Positions 9,641-17,171 of a stretch of 45,097 nucleotides of DNA are shown here, in pieces (positions within the stretch are counted from its first letter, which is position 1; the number at the start of each line of letters is the position of its first letter). A program made the translations under genes and the position numbers. The DNA is from a virus. Its lineage: Duplodnaviria > Caudoviricetes. The stretch covers positions 1 through 45,097 of the IMG/VR virus record IMGVR_UViG_3300031454_000257; one strand, 5' to 3'. Under the pieces are notes generated by a model that did no database searches, was not told the DNA's origin, and worked only from the letters and a program-made list of their open reading frames with translations.

Positions 9641-9732
9641 ATTATACTCTAAACGCAAATATATTTGCAAGTAGAGAATAACCAAACGCAAATATATTTG
9701 CGTTTGACAAACATTGTCGAAATAGCGATAAT
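9641..9732. promoter_or_regulatory. Divergent promoters with two palindromic operators
   Basis: Perfect 24-bp palindrome CAAACGCAAATATATTTGCGTTTG (9683-9706) and a second copy at 9651-9668; TTGACA-17-GATAAT (+) and TTGCAA-18-TATAAT (-). Confidence 0.85.
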
Positions 9733-9738
9733 ATGCGT

Positions 9739-9966
9739 ATGATGTTTGACGTGATTAAAGTAACTTTAGAAAAGGCTTTGGCGAAGAAAAAAATAGGCGG
9801 AAAAAAGATTTCAATGTATCGACTCGCTAAAGATACGGGCGTTGCTTATTCTACGCTTTGGAAGCTGAAAACAGGGCGTGTCAACTCTATTGATTTTGAT
9901 GTTTTGGCAAAAATTTGCGATTACTTAGAATGCAAGCCAAACGATTTACTCGTAATCGAAAAATAA
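9739..9966 (+). CDS. XRE/HTH_26 (Cro/CI-type) repressor, probably leaderless
   Basis: SMYRLAKDTGVAYSTLWKL...IDFDVLAKICDYLECKPNDLL; ATG 7 nt after the -10 box. Confidence 0.9.
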   Translation: MMFDVIKVTLEKALAKKKIGGKKISMYRLAKDTGVAYSTLWKLKTGRVNSIDFDVLAKICDYLECKPNDLLVIEK

Positions 9967-10018
9967 AAACGTGTATCCAAACCCATCCCAAATCTTCACG
10001 CCGTTCGCCTGTTTATTT

Positions 10019-10513
10019 ATGAGTAACGATTACGAAAAGACGCAATTAAAAATCAAGAATTGGTTAATGGAAAGACATCACGCTGTCCAAGACATACCGA
10101 AAAGCGGATTTGCCTGGACGATGCTGGCGACTTTGCCGAGTACCGATAGCGGCTTTCTTGTAAGTATGGGTTTAGGCGCGCCCGACATTATAGGATTTTC
10201 TCTCACGGTACAATTAGCGCAATGGCAATCATCATTAAACAGTCTGGCGATAAAAGAGAGAAAAGAATTTCTTTACGATTTGCGCTTAAGGTTGCTGTCT
10301 TTTAACGTTGAATCCCCGATTCCTCTCGAAGATTTGCCGAAGGTCATAATTTCTACGGTGCTATACGTCGAAGAACTCGGCAAGCCGAAGTTTTGGTCGG
10401 CAATTTATGAATTGCAGAAAGCCGCCGTCTGTGTTCTCTGGTCTTTCGAGAAAAAATTCACCTTAGACGCTGACCGTCCGATTTATGCGCCGGGTTCGCA
10501 AGGCGCACATTAA
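10019..10513 (+). CDS. DUF2299/YbjN-like protein (tentative)
   Basis: IKNWL.E...ERKEFLYDLRLRLL pattern; follows the repressor. Confidence 0.5.
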   Translation: MSNDYEKTQLKIKNWLMERHHAVQDIPKSGFAWTMLATLPSTDSGFLVSMGLGAPDIIGFSLTVQLAQWQSSLNSLAIKERKEFLYDLRLRLLSFNVESPIPLEDLPKVIISTVLYVEELGKPKFWSAIYELQKAAVCVLWSFEKKFTLDADRPIYAPGSQGAH

Positions 10514-10536
10514 AATAACCGGCATATACCAACAAC

Positions 10537-10564
10537 AAAAAGCCCGTCCATTCCTGAACAGGCT
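10537..10564. repeat. Terminator-like direct repeat, copy 1, flanking BrnTA
   Basis: AAAAAGCCCGTCCATTCCTGAACAGGCT, 26/28 identical to 11257-11284. Confidence 0.8.
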
Positions 10565-10593
10565 TTTAAAATCTACAAACTTAAATTTCAATC

Positions 10594-10917
10594 TCACTTC
10601 AATATGGCAGACTTCAAATTCTGCAAAAACTCATTATCATTCAGCAAACCTTCTTTAATATGTTCCGGCAAAACATTGGCGGTTTGGACAGTTTGGCGCA
10701 GGGCGCGGTTTATCAGTGTTTGGTAACCGATGCCCGATTCTTTTGCCGTTTGCTTATAGTGTGCGACGATTTCAGAATCGAGATAAATAGTAATTCTGTC
10801 TTTGGTTTCATCTTTAAGCGTGATAGCCGGTCTGTCTGTTCGATTGATTTCACGCCAGCCCATTTCTTTTATTTTATTCTCAAACTCACTGTCTTTTTCG
10901 TCTTTTTTCATATTCAT
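10594..10917 (-). CDS. brnA: BrnA antitoxin
   Basis: KDRITIYLDSEIVAHYK...GYQTLINRALR signature; downstream of BrnT. Confidence 0.9.
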   Translation of the reverse strand: MNMKKDEKDSEFENKIKEMGWREINRTDRPAITLKDETKDRITIYLDSEIVAHYKQTAKESGIGYQTLINRALRQTVQTANVLPEHIKEGLLNDNEFLQNLKSAILK

Positions 10918-11173
10918 TCACCATCCATTTTTCCGCGCGGCGTGCGGTGATAAATCTAACTTCCGTTTCGGTTGCCGTGTAAGATGCAAAGGTTACGCCG
11001 TATTTGGCGGTTTTAGCGATTACGATAAATCGTTTTTCGCTTTCGGTTGAATGTTCGTAATCTTCCAAATCAATAGAAAAAACATCTTCAAAAACATCTT
11101 TGATTTTAGCAAAATCAACGCCGTGTTCTTTGATTACCTGCTTTCTTTTTGATTCATCCCAAACGAACATCAT
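10886..11173 (-). CDS. brnT: BrnT ribonuclease toxin
   Basis: FVWDESK...KEHGVDF...E.RF...RFITARRA signature. Confidence 0.9.
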   Translation of the reverse strand: MMFVWDESKRKQVIKEHGVDFAKIKDVFEDVFSIDLEDYEHSTESEKRFIVIAKTAKYGVTFASYTATETEVRFITARRAEKWMVNEYEKRRKRQ

Positions 11174-11179
11174 ATAAAG

Positions 11180-11207
11180 ATTATACATACTTTTATATGT
11201 ATAGCAA
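11180..11207 (-). promoter_or_regulatory. brnTA promoter with autorepression operator
   Basis: TTGCTA-16-TATAAT overlapping the inverted repeat TATACATA-N6-TATGTATA (11182-11203). Confidence 0.65.
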
Positions 11208-11256
11208 GTAAAGGATGGTTATTTATTCTGATGGTTTATTAGCAATCGAAAAATAG

Positions 11257-11284
11257 AAAAAGCCCGTTCATTTCTGAACAGGCT
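11257..11284. repeat. Terminator-like direct repeat, copy 2, flanking BrnTA
   Basis: AAAAAGCCCGTTCATTTCTGAACAGGCT. Confidence 0.8.
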
Positions 11285-11507
11285 CAAAGTTAATCAATTT
11301 ACTTTCCGCTAAATCTTTTATTTGCAATCGGACTAGGTAAAAACTAACCTGACGTGGTATTTTAATAATCCTTTGAGAGTTAGAAAAAATAATCGTTGAT
11401 TTTTGGCTCAACGAAAGATATTATTCAGATGTAAAACAGTGTTTTAACTGTTTTCGGACATCTGCAATTTTGCCCTCGCATCTAATAATTATAGGAGGAT
11501 TATAGCT

Positions 11508-11750
11508 ATGTTTTTCTTCGGAGACAGACCTAGAAAAAGAATTTCGCCTGAAATTCCAATGATGCCGATGCGATTTCAGACGGTAACGCCGGAAGAATAT
11601 CTGCGAATCTTAGGTCAAAGACGTGACGAAATTCTTTCTGTTAGAATTATTCCGCCGAGACTTGGCAATAAAGACTTCGGTAAAATTTTAATTGAGTGGA
11701 AAAATCCTGTTTATGTTCCCTTATCGGAACTTGACGAAGTTTTTGCGTGA
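11508..11750 (+). CDS. Hypothetical moron protein
   Basis: AGGAGG RBS; overlaps the next gene. Confidence 0.7.
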   Translation: MFFFGDRPRKRISPEIPMMPMRFQTVTPEEYLRILGQRRDEILSVRIIPPRLGNKDFGKILIEWKNPVYVPLSELDEVFA

Positions 11751-12175
11751 TGTCGAATAAAACCTTGCCGGCGAATCGTCAACCAAACCAGCCCCAACTT
11801 ACGCCTGAACACATTGACCGGCTTCTTGCAATTCAAGAAGCCGATTTAGCTGAACGCGGGCGTGAAAATAATATTCGTGAATTGGAAATTAAAAATACTC
11901 ACGAATTTTCCAGCGTTGCCATTAACCTACAAGCCGATGACAGAAAAGACAGTCGGATTTCAAAAAGAAAAGACAATACGATAAAAGGTATTTTTGCAAT
12001 AATAATTCTTTTGATTGTTACTGGATTTTTGGTTTACTGTCTTCAAACAAACAACCAAGATATTGCAATAAAAGTTATTACTTATGGCGGAACTGCTTTA
12101 GTTTCCGGCGTATCCGGTTATTTCTACGGACAGAACAAGAAAGATAAATCCCCAAATACGGCGAAACCGGAATAA
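11747..12175 (+). CDS. Two-TM membrane protein (DUF2335-like)
   Basis: N-terminal helix followed by two hydrophobic segments. Confidence 0.65.
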   Translation: MMSNKTLPANRQPNQPQLTPEHIDRLLAIQEADLAERGRENNIRELEIKNTHEFSSVAINLQADDRKDSRISKRKDNTIKGIFAIIILLIVTGFLVYCLQTNNQDIAIKVITYGGTALVSGVSGYFYGQNKKDKSPNTAKPE

Positions 12176-12204
12176 GAATTCATCGTTAATAGACTAAAAA
12201 CAAG

Positions 12205-12236
12205 AAAGAGGCGAGCATATCAACCCGCCTCTTTTA
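12205..12236. terminator. Bidirectional terminator ending the tail-chaperone operon
   Basis: AAGAGGCGAG...CCCGCCTCTT hairpin between convergent genes. Confidence 0.7.
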
Positions 12237-12381
12237 TTCTCTCCAATGATTCTTCAAGCGGAATGCGAACGATAATCTTTTTGCCGTGCTTTCTGGTTAA
12301 AACGCAACCGAATGTTTTGCCGTCGTCGGTTTTCTCCAGCCAGTATTCTTCACATCTAATGATTTTCGGTTTTCCGCCCAT
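12220..12381 (-). CDS. Small hypothetical protein (53 aa, not in the ORF track)
   Basis: MGGKPKIIRCEEYW...KEAG; ATG abuts the upstream TAA. Confidence 0.5.
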   Translation of the reverse strand: MGGKPKIIRCEEYWLEKTDDGKTFGCVLTRKHGKKIIVRIPLEESLERIKEAG

Positions 12382-12774
12382 TTACTTTTTCCCGCCGAAT
12401 AATCCACCGAGCATTTGGAGTAAGGTTTGCTGGTATGCGTTTTCATACTGCGCGTTTATCGAATCCCAAACCAGAACGCCTTCGTATTGGACGGGCGACA
12501 ACTCGTTTTCATCCGGCTTAAAGCCCGCCCGCCGTTCTTCAATAAATCGCTCGACCGTGGCTAAATCCTCGTTGCCCGAAGCGAGCGGCGCGTTTTGTCG
12601 GAAACAATCCACATTACCCGTGCAGGCTTCCAGCTCTTTTTCTTCGCGCGTTGTGCCAGCCGCATTAAGAAAGCGCGTGCAGTTTTCTTCGCCCGGACAA
12701 CTGTTTGGGTTTGCCGCCGCGCCCTGCCGGAGCCGGGAAACTCTTGAGGCGATTGCTTCGGAGAGCGCGGTTAG
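12382..12774 (-). CDS. Tail assembly chaperone gpT portion, read by -1 frameshift
   Basis: The -1 frame after A AAA AAC is open down to 12382. Confidence 0.75.
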   Translation of the reverse strand, partial: LTALSEAIASRVSRLRQGAAANPNSCPGEENCTRFLNAAGTTREEKELEACTGNVDCFRQNAPLASGNEDLATVERFIEERRAGFKPDENELSPVQYEGVLVWDSINAQYENAYQQTLLQMLGGLFGGKK

Positions 12775-13529
12775 TTTTTTGCTTCTGAAACGGCGAATTC
12801 TGCGAAGTAATAATTCATCAAACCGACGCGCATCCAGACGGGAACGCCTGTGCGGAAGTTTTCCGCGCCCGCCAGAAGCGAATCAAAAACGCCGGAGAGC
12901 TTGGCGAAATCAGATTTCACGGAAACTTCGACGTGCCGAAACCTTTTAACGTCGCCGCTTTTCGGCTCAACCGCTCGTTTATAATCCTTTTCCGATTGTT
13001 TGGTTTTACCGTTTAAGGCAATCGTTCCCGTCTGAATCACGCCGTTTATCGGCACATCAATCTCAAAGCGGTTCGCCCCATCGCCGTCGAAAAAGAATTC
13101 GTCCGCGTCGGATTCGGAAATATCGAAAGCGAAAATTTGTTCGAGAACCGCCTGCTGGTCGGCGAACGGCACAAGGTCGCAGAAATTTTGCGGAGTTAAA
13201 GTTTGTTTGAAAAACTGCTGATAACCTTCGGGAATTTCGGGAATCAGCTTTTTGTAAATTGCTTTGACGGCAAGCCGCACGTCATCTTTATACACGAGTT
13301 TTTTGTTTTGCAGCTCGCGGCGCGGATTCAAGATTTCGTTGAATTCGAGCCAGATTTCATCATCAATCGCAGTGCTTTTGTGCGTGAACTCGACTTCCTT
13401 GTTTTTTATTGTGTTCGTTAAGGTAATGGCGCGCGGCTGGTAGAAATCAACCGCGCCCACATCTTTTACATTTTCGGCAACGGCAACCGTCATTTCATCA
13501 ACCGCCGCAGTATTATTTTCTTCAGTCAT
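12771..13529 (-). CDS. Tail assembly chaperone (gpG-like)
   Basis: Follows the tail tube gene; ends GCA AAA AAC TAA (slippery heptamer). Confidence 0.8.
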   Translation of the reverse strand: MTEENNTAAVDEMTVAVAENVKDVGAVDFYQPRAITLTNTIKNKEVEFTHKSTAIDDEIWLEFNEILNPRRELQNKKLVYKDDVRLAVKAIYKKLIPEIPEGYQQFFKQTLTPQNFCDLVPFADQQAVLEQIFAFDISESDADEFFFDGDGANRFEIDVPINGVIQTGTIALNGKTKQSEKDYKRAVEPKSGDVKRFRHVEVSVKSDFAKLSGVFDSLLAGAENFRTGVPVWMRVGLMNYYFAEFAVSEAKN

Positions 13530-13624
13530 AAATTCTCCGTGTTTAGTTTTTCAGTCAACTTGTAAATTAGAACTTGCGGCTCGCCTGACTGAAAAACGAA
13601 CCGCAAGCCTTTTCGCGCGAAAAA

Positions 13625-14707
13625 TTAACCGATATAACTGGCAACGTCGTTGACGAGTTCGACTTTGACAATCGAAGACGCCGAGTTGCTGTAAATCGCG
13701 CGCGGTTTGATGGCGACTTCGGCGAAACCGTTATTAAAAACGCGCGCGACCGATTCGTATTTCGTCAGAGCCAAGGTGATGTCGAGCTGATGATTCGCCG
13801 TCGTCGCGCCGATGACGCGCCCGATGAGGGAATTGACGATAGATGTCGTCGTCTGGTTTTTCAGCGCGGCGTATGCCGGTTCCGACGCCCTCATCCGCAG
13901 GGAAAACTCGTGTTCAAACGTCGTATCGGTCAGGAGCAGATGACCGCGCAGCGCGCCCGATTCAGGGTTATTCGCCGTCAGAAAGCGCGGGCATCCCCAA
14001 TCGTCGTCGTTAAACGAGTTGGTGATGCCGAAATTCCACCGCATCAACTCGCACGTGGTAAAGCCCGCGCCGCCGTTGCTGTCAGCGGACATTAAAATTT
14101 TGCTCTGCGTGTTGTAAAAATAGTTCTGCGTTCCCTGCACGCCTAAAACGTGTGTCGCCAAAGAGACGTTCGACGGCGTTATCTCCTCCCCGGAACCGCG
14201 CCACGCCGCCGCCGCCGAAACTCTTGACGCGCCCTCGCTCGTGAGCTTCAGGGACGAGGCGGTCATTGACGGGAACATCGAATCGATTGCCGATGCGCCC
14301 GGAGCAGCCTGCGGCGCGAAAGAATAGGAAGGCAATTGCGACGAAATGGACACGTCGAGCGGCGTAAACGTGTGTTTAAACGCTCCGGCTTGACCGGCAA
14401 CCGCCGCGACCGAGTAACCGCCTAAGGCGGCGAGCAGATGGCGTCCTATATTCTGGCTCGATGCGTCGAAATCGTAACTGCCGCCCTCGGTCTCCCAGCC
14501 CTCAATCCACATATCGTTTCCGAAACGACTGCCCGTAGAATGCCCTTTATTGTCTTTGACCGCTGGGGTAACATTCAGCAGAAACGGCGAGCGCACGATT
14601 TGCTCGACGTATGACCTCGGCGCCGCAGCGGGAACGACCGGCGTCAAAAAGTTGGTTTGCGGGATGCGCGACATAAAAAACTGGTAGCCTGATTGGGGTG
14701 TATTCAT
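13625..14707 (-). CDS. Major tail tube protein
   Basis: 360 aa; LLAALGG...FKHTFTP tail-tube-like motif; lies between the neck genes and the chaperone. Confidence 0.75.
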   Translation of the reverse strand: MNTPQSGYQFFMSRIPQTNFLTPVVPAAAPRSYVEQIVRSPFLLNVTPAVKDNKGHSTGSRFGNDMWIEGWETEGGSYDFDASSQNIGRHLLAALGGYSVAAVAGQAGAFKHTFTPLDVSISSQLPSYSFAPQAAPGASAIDSMFPSMTASSLKLTSEGASRVSAAAAWRGSGEEITPSNVSLATHVLGVQGTQNYFYNTQSKILMSADSNGGAGFTTCELMRWNFGITNSFNDDDWGCPRFLTANNPESGALRGHLLLTDTTFEHEFSLRMRASEPAYAALKNQTTTSIVNSLIGRVIGATTANHQLDITLALTKYESVARVFNNGFAEVAIKPRAIYSNSASSIVKVELVNDVASYIG

Positions 14708-14910
14708 TTGAAAAAATCTCCTTGTAAAAAGGCGAAGGAGGCTTTTTCAAACGGGATGGATTAAAAATAATCGGGCGCGTTTTGCGAGCTTTGCCGGGCT
14801 TTGGCTGAAATTGTAAAAAATCTACTGGCTTTTGAGCCATTCTTCCCACGCCGAAACGATTCCCTTGCAAAGGCGAATCAATGCGGCGTGAAGTTTTCGC
14901 GTCGAAGCGT

Positions 14911-15342
14911 TCATCTTTTTCGTTTCGATTTCGCGGTTGCCGGTTTCGGCGTTCCCTGTTCCGGTTTCGGTGTTCCCTGTTCGGTCAGCATTTCAGGTTC
15001 GGCAGGCAATTGGCTTATCGGCTCGAACGGGTCGTCCGATGTCAGCTCTTCGGTCGGCACGGCGTCAACGTCGCCGACGCTCGGCGCGGGAACGGCAATG
15101 TTCGTATCCTCTTCGCGCGCGACGAAATTCGGCAAATCTTCGTTTGCTTCTGCCTGTTTTTGCGCGGCGCGCTTCAAATCCGCCGCCATATATTCGGCGT
15201 AACCGACGGCGACCAGATGGCGCGCGAAAACCGGCGAAACTTCCGCGTAGGCGCGCGTTAAATCAACTTTGTATTCACCCTGCGCGTAAGATTCGGGCAT
15301 ATCCGAATCGTTTTGTTTGATTTTGATTTTAATTTTGCTCAT
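14911..15342 (-). CDS. Hypothetical protein with an acidic/Pro-rich tail
   Basis: AGGT RBS; EQGTPKP twice (21-bp tandem repeat 14940-14981). Confidence 0.65.
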   Translation of the reverse strand: MSKIKIKIKQNDSDMPESYAQGEYKVDLTRAYAEVSPVFARHLVAVGYAEYMAADLKRAAQKQAEANEDLPNFVAREEDTNIAVPAPSVGDVDAVPTEELTSDDPFEPISQLPAEPEMLTEQGTPKPEQGTPKPATAKSKRKR

Positions 15343-15355
15343 AGTTTTTTTACCT

Positions 15356-15811
15356 TTAACCGTCTTTTTGCGGATTGATAAGAAGCCTTAGAACGCAAAC
15401 CGGCATTTTTACGGTGCCGGGTTTTATCCAAGTGTTAAATTGAAGCGGCTCGCCAATAGCGCAGAAAAGCGCCTGCAAAGAGAGATTCTCGAACGCCTGT
15501 AAATACCAAGCGTCCGCCATATCTTCGGATATCTGCCGCGCTTCGAGCCGGTCGGTCAAACTCTGCGTCGACGGCATTGCGACAAACTGCACATCAAGAA
15601 CGGCGTTGTCTTTGCGAACCGCCCAACCGTCGCTTGCGGGAACAATGGCTAACTTGGCACTTTTCAAATCGTCAACCCGAATCGTCTTTCCCGGCTTGAT
15701 GTCTATATAAACGTCGGGCTGAACCTGCGCGAAACTCAAGGGCGAACTGCTTGCCGCCGCGTCGACGATTTGCGTCGTGAATTCAAATAGCGTGTTCGAT
15801 ATATTAGCCAT
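15356..15811 (-). CDS. Putative tail terminator/completion protein
   Basis: Size and position. Confidence 0.55.
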   Translation of the reverse strand: MANISNTLFEFTTQIVDAAASSSPLSFAQVQPDVYIDIKPGKTIRVDDLKSAKLAIVPASDGWAVRKDNAVLDVQFVAMPSTQSLTDRLEARQISEDMADAWYLQAFENLSLQALFCAIGEPLQFNTWIKPGTVKMPVCVLRLLINPQKDG

Positions 15812-16163
15812 TAACCTGTTCGAGCGATTTTGCTATCGCCCGCGTGATTCCGATTTCGGCAAACGGACGGTCTAAATTGCCGCCGAACAGCGGGTCGAGA
15901 TATTCGGCGTAATCAGCCATTTCGATTTCCGCGCTTGTCGGACTTGTAACAGTTCCGCGCAGACTTCTCGCTAAATACCCGGTCTGCCTGTGCGGAGCTT
16001 CCCCGCGTTGGGAACGTCCGCCCGTAATACTCATTTCCGCCCGCATTTCTTCGGGTGCGTTCTCGCTGATACTGCGAACGATTTGCGCTGTCGCGTCTTC
16101 AATGGTGCGCGTTAAATCCGCCTGCACGGCTTGCCGGACTTCAATTTGAAACGAGATGTCCAT
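15804..16163 (-). CDS. HK97 gp10-like neck protein
   Basis: GEAPHRQTGYLARS...YAEYL...RPF motif; likely start MDISFQ. Confidence 0.7.
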   Translation of the reverse strand: MDISFQIEVRQAVQADLTRTIEDATAQIVRSISENAPEEMRAEMSITGGRSQRGEAPHRQTGYLARSLRGTVTSPTSAEIEMADYAEYLDPLFGGNLDRPFAEIGITRAIAKSLEQVNG

Positions 16164-16167
16164 CCGT

Positions 16168-16632
16168 TCACCAATCAGAGCCGACCGCAACGCGAACCGC
16201 CGACGGCGAAAAGATGCTTGCCGATTCTTTAACCGTCTCGCCCGGCGTGTAATAGATTTCAAGAATGTCGAAGGCTTCGGCTTTTAATCTGTCCGCGCGC
16301 CTTTCGGTCGCCGAATAGCTTTCGTAAGTGTCGGTCGCGCTCGAATTCATATCGCGCTCCTGCTGCAATATGCCGCCGGAACGATAACGCGCCGATTGAA
16401 TGAGCAGCAGTTCGGCGTAAGCGATTTTCCCCTGCGCTCGGCGCACGTCGTCGACCGTCTCAATGCTCGTCGGCAATGATGCCGAAAGCATTGTGAAAAC
16501 GTCCGCGAGAATTCGCTTTTTTATCTGGCTTTTGGCTGAATTTAAGCATTCGTCAATTTGCGCCGATTTGACTTCGGAAGCCGAATCGGTAACGTAAATT
16601 GCGCGAAAGTCTGTTTCATCGAGCCACGCCAT
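16168..16632 (-). CDS. Putative head-tail adaptor
   Basis: Helical 154-aa protein after the capsid genes. Confidence 0.6.
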   Translation of the reverse strand: MAWLDETDFRAIYVTDSASEVKSAQIDECLNSAKSQIKKRILADVFTMLSASLPTSIETVDDVRRAQGKIAYAELLLIQSARYRSGGILQQERDMNSSATDTYESYSATERRADRLKAEAFDILEIYYTPGETVKESASIFSPSAVRVAVGSDW

Positions 16633-16636
16633 TTAT

Positions 16637-16759
16637 TTATTTACCTTTTTTCGCCGGTTTTTTCGCCGCTTTCGGTTTAGCCGCCGGGTTCCGCGCAGAT
16701 TTGGCTTTCACCATTGCCGTGAACTTTGCTCTGGCTGCTTTTTGTTTTGCTGTTGCCAT
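16637..16759 (-). CDS. 40-aa Lys/Ala-rich histone-like peptide (not in the ORF track)
   Basis: MATAKQKAARAKFTAMVKAKSARNPAAKPKAAKKPAKKGK fills the gap between neighbouring genes. Confidence 0.65.
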   Translation of the reverse strand: MATAKQKAARAKFTAMVKAKSARNPAAKPKAAKKPAKKGK

Positions 16760-16760
16760 T

Positions 16761-17117
16761 TTATTTGCCTTCGATAACGCTGATAATCTGCGCTTTCGTC
16801 ATTGATTCATCCGCCGCGCCCGCGCCCGCTAATTCAAGCAGTTCGGCTTTGGTTAATTTCGTTAAATCTCCGCCGCCGCCGCCGCCTTCTTCGCCGGTTT
16901 CCGCGCTCGTTTCGTTTTCATTGCTCGTTTTCGACCCGCTTCTGGACGCTTTCCAGTCGCCTTCTAAAACGCCGCTTTCCACGAAAGAATCAAGTCTTTC
17001 CTGCGAAAACGCCGTTGTAATTTCGTCGGCGTTCTCTGCGGTCAAAGTCCGGCGAGTCGAGCCGTTCATTTCCGGTATCAGAATGTTTTGCAAAACTTTT
17101 CGATTGTCTATGGGCAT
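16761..17117 (-). CDS. Head-associated protein with C-terminal Rho-N/HeH-like motif
   Basis: LTKLTKAELLELA...MTKAQIISVI. Confidence 0.6.
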   Translation of the reverse strand: MPIDNRKVLQNILIPEMNGSTRRTLTAENADEITTAFSQERLDSFVESGVLEGDWKASRSGSKTSNENETSAETGEEGGGGGGDLTKLTKAELLELAGAGAADESMTKAQIISVIEGK

Positions 17118-17139
17118 CTCTCTTTCTCCTATAAAATTG

Positions 17140-17169
17140 ATTGAGAGGTTAATGATTTAACCTCTCAAT
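17140..17169 (-). terminator. Hairpin after the major capsid gene
   Basis: 13-bp perfect inverted repeat ATTGAGAGGTTAA/TTAACCTCTCAAT. Confidence 0.6.
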
Positions 17170-17171
17170 GA

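Noticed and set aside
12263-12949. 228-aa plus-strand ORF
   Set aside because: Antisense to the gpG/gpT chaperones; no recognisable features
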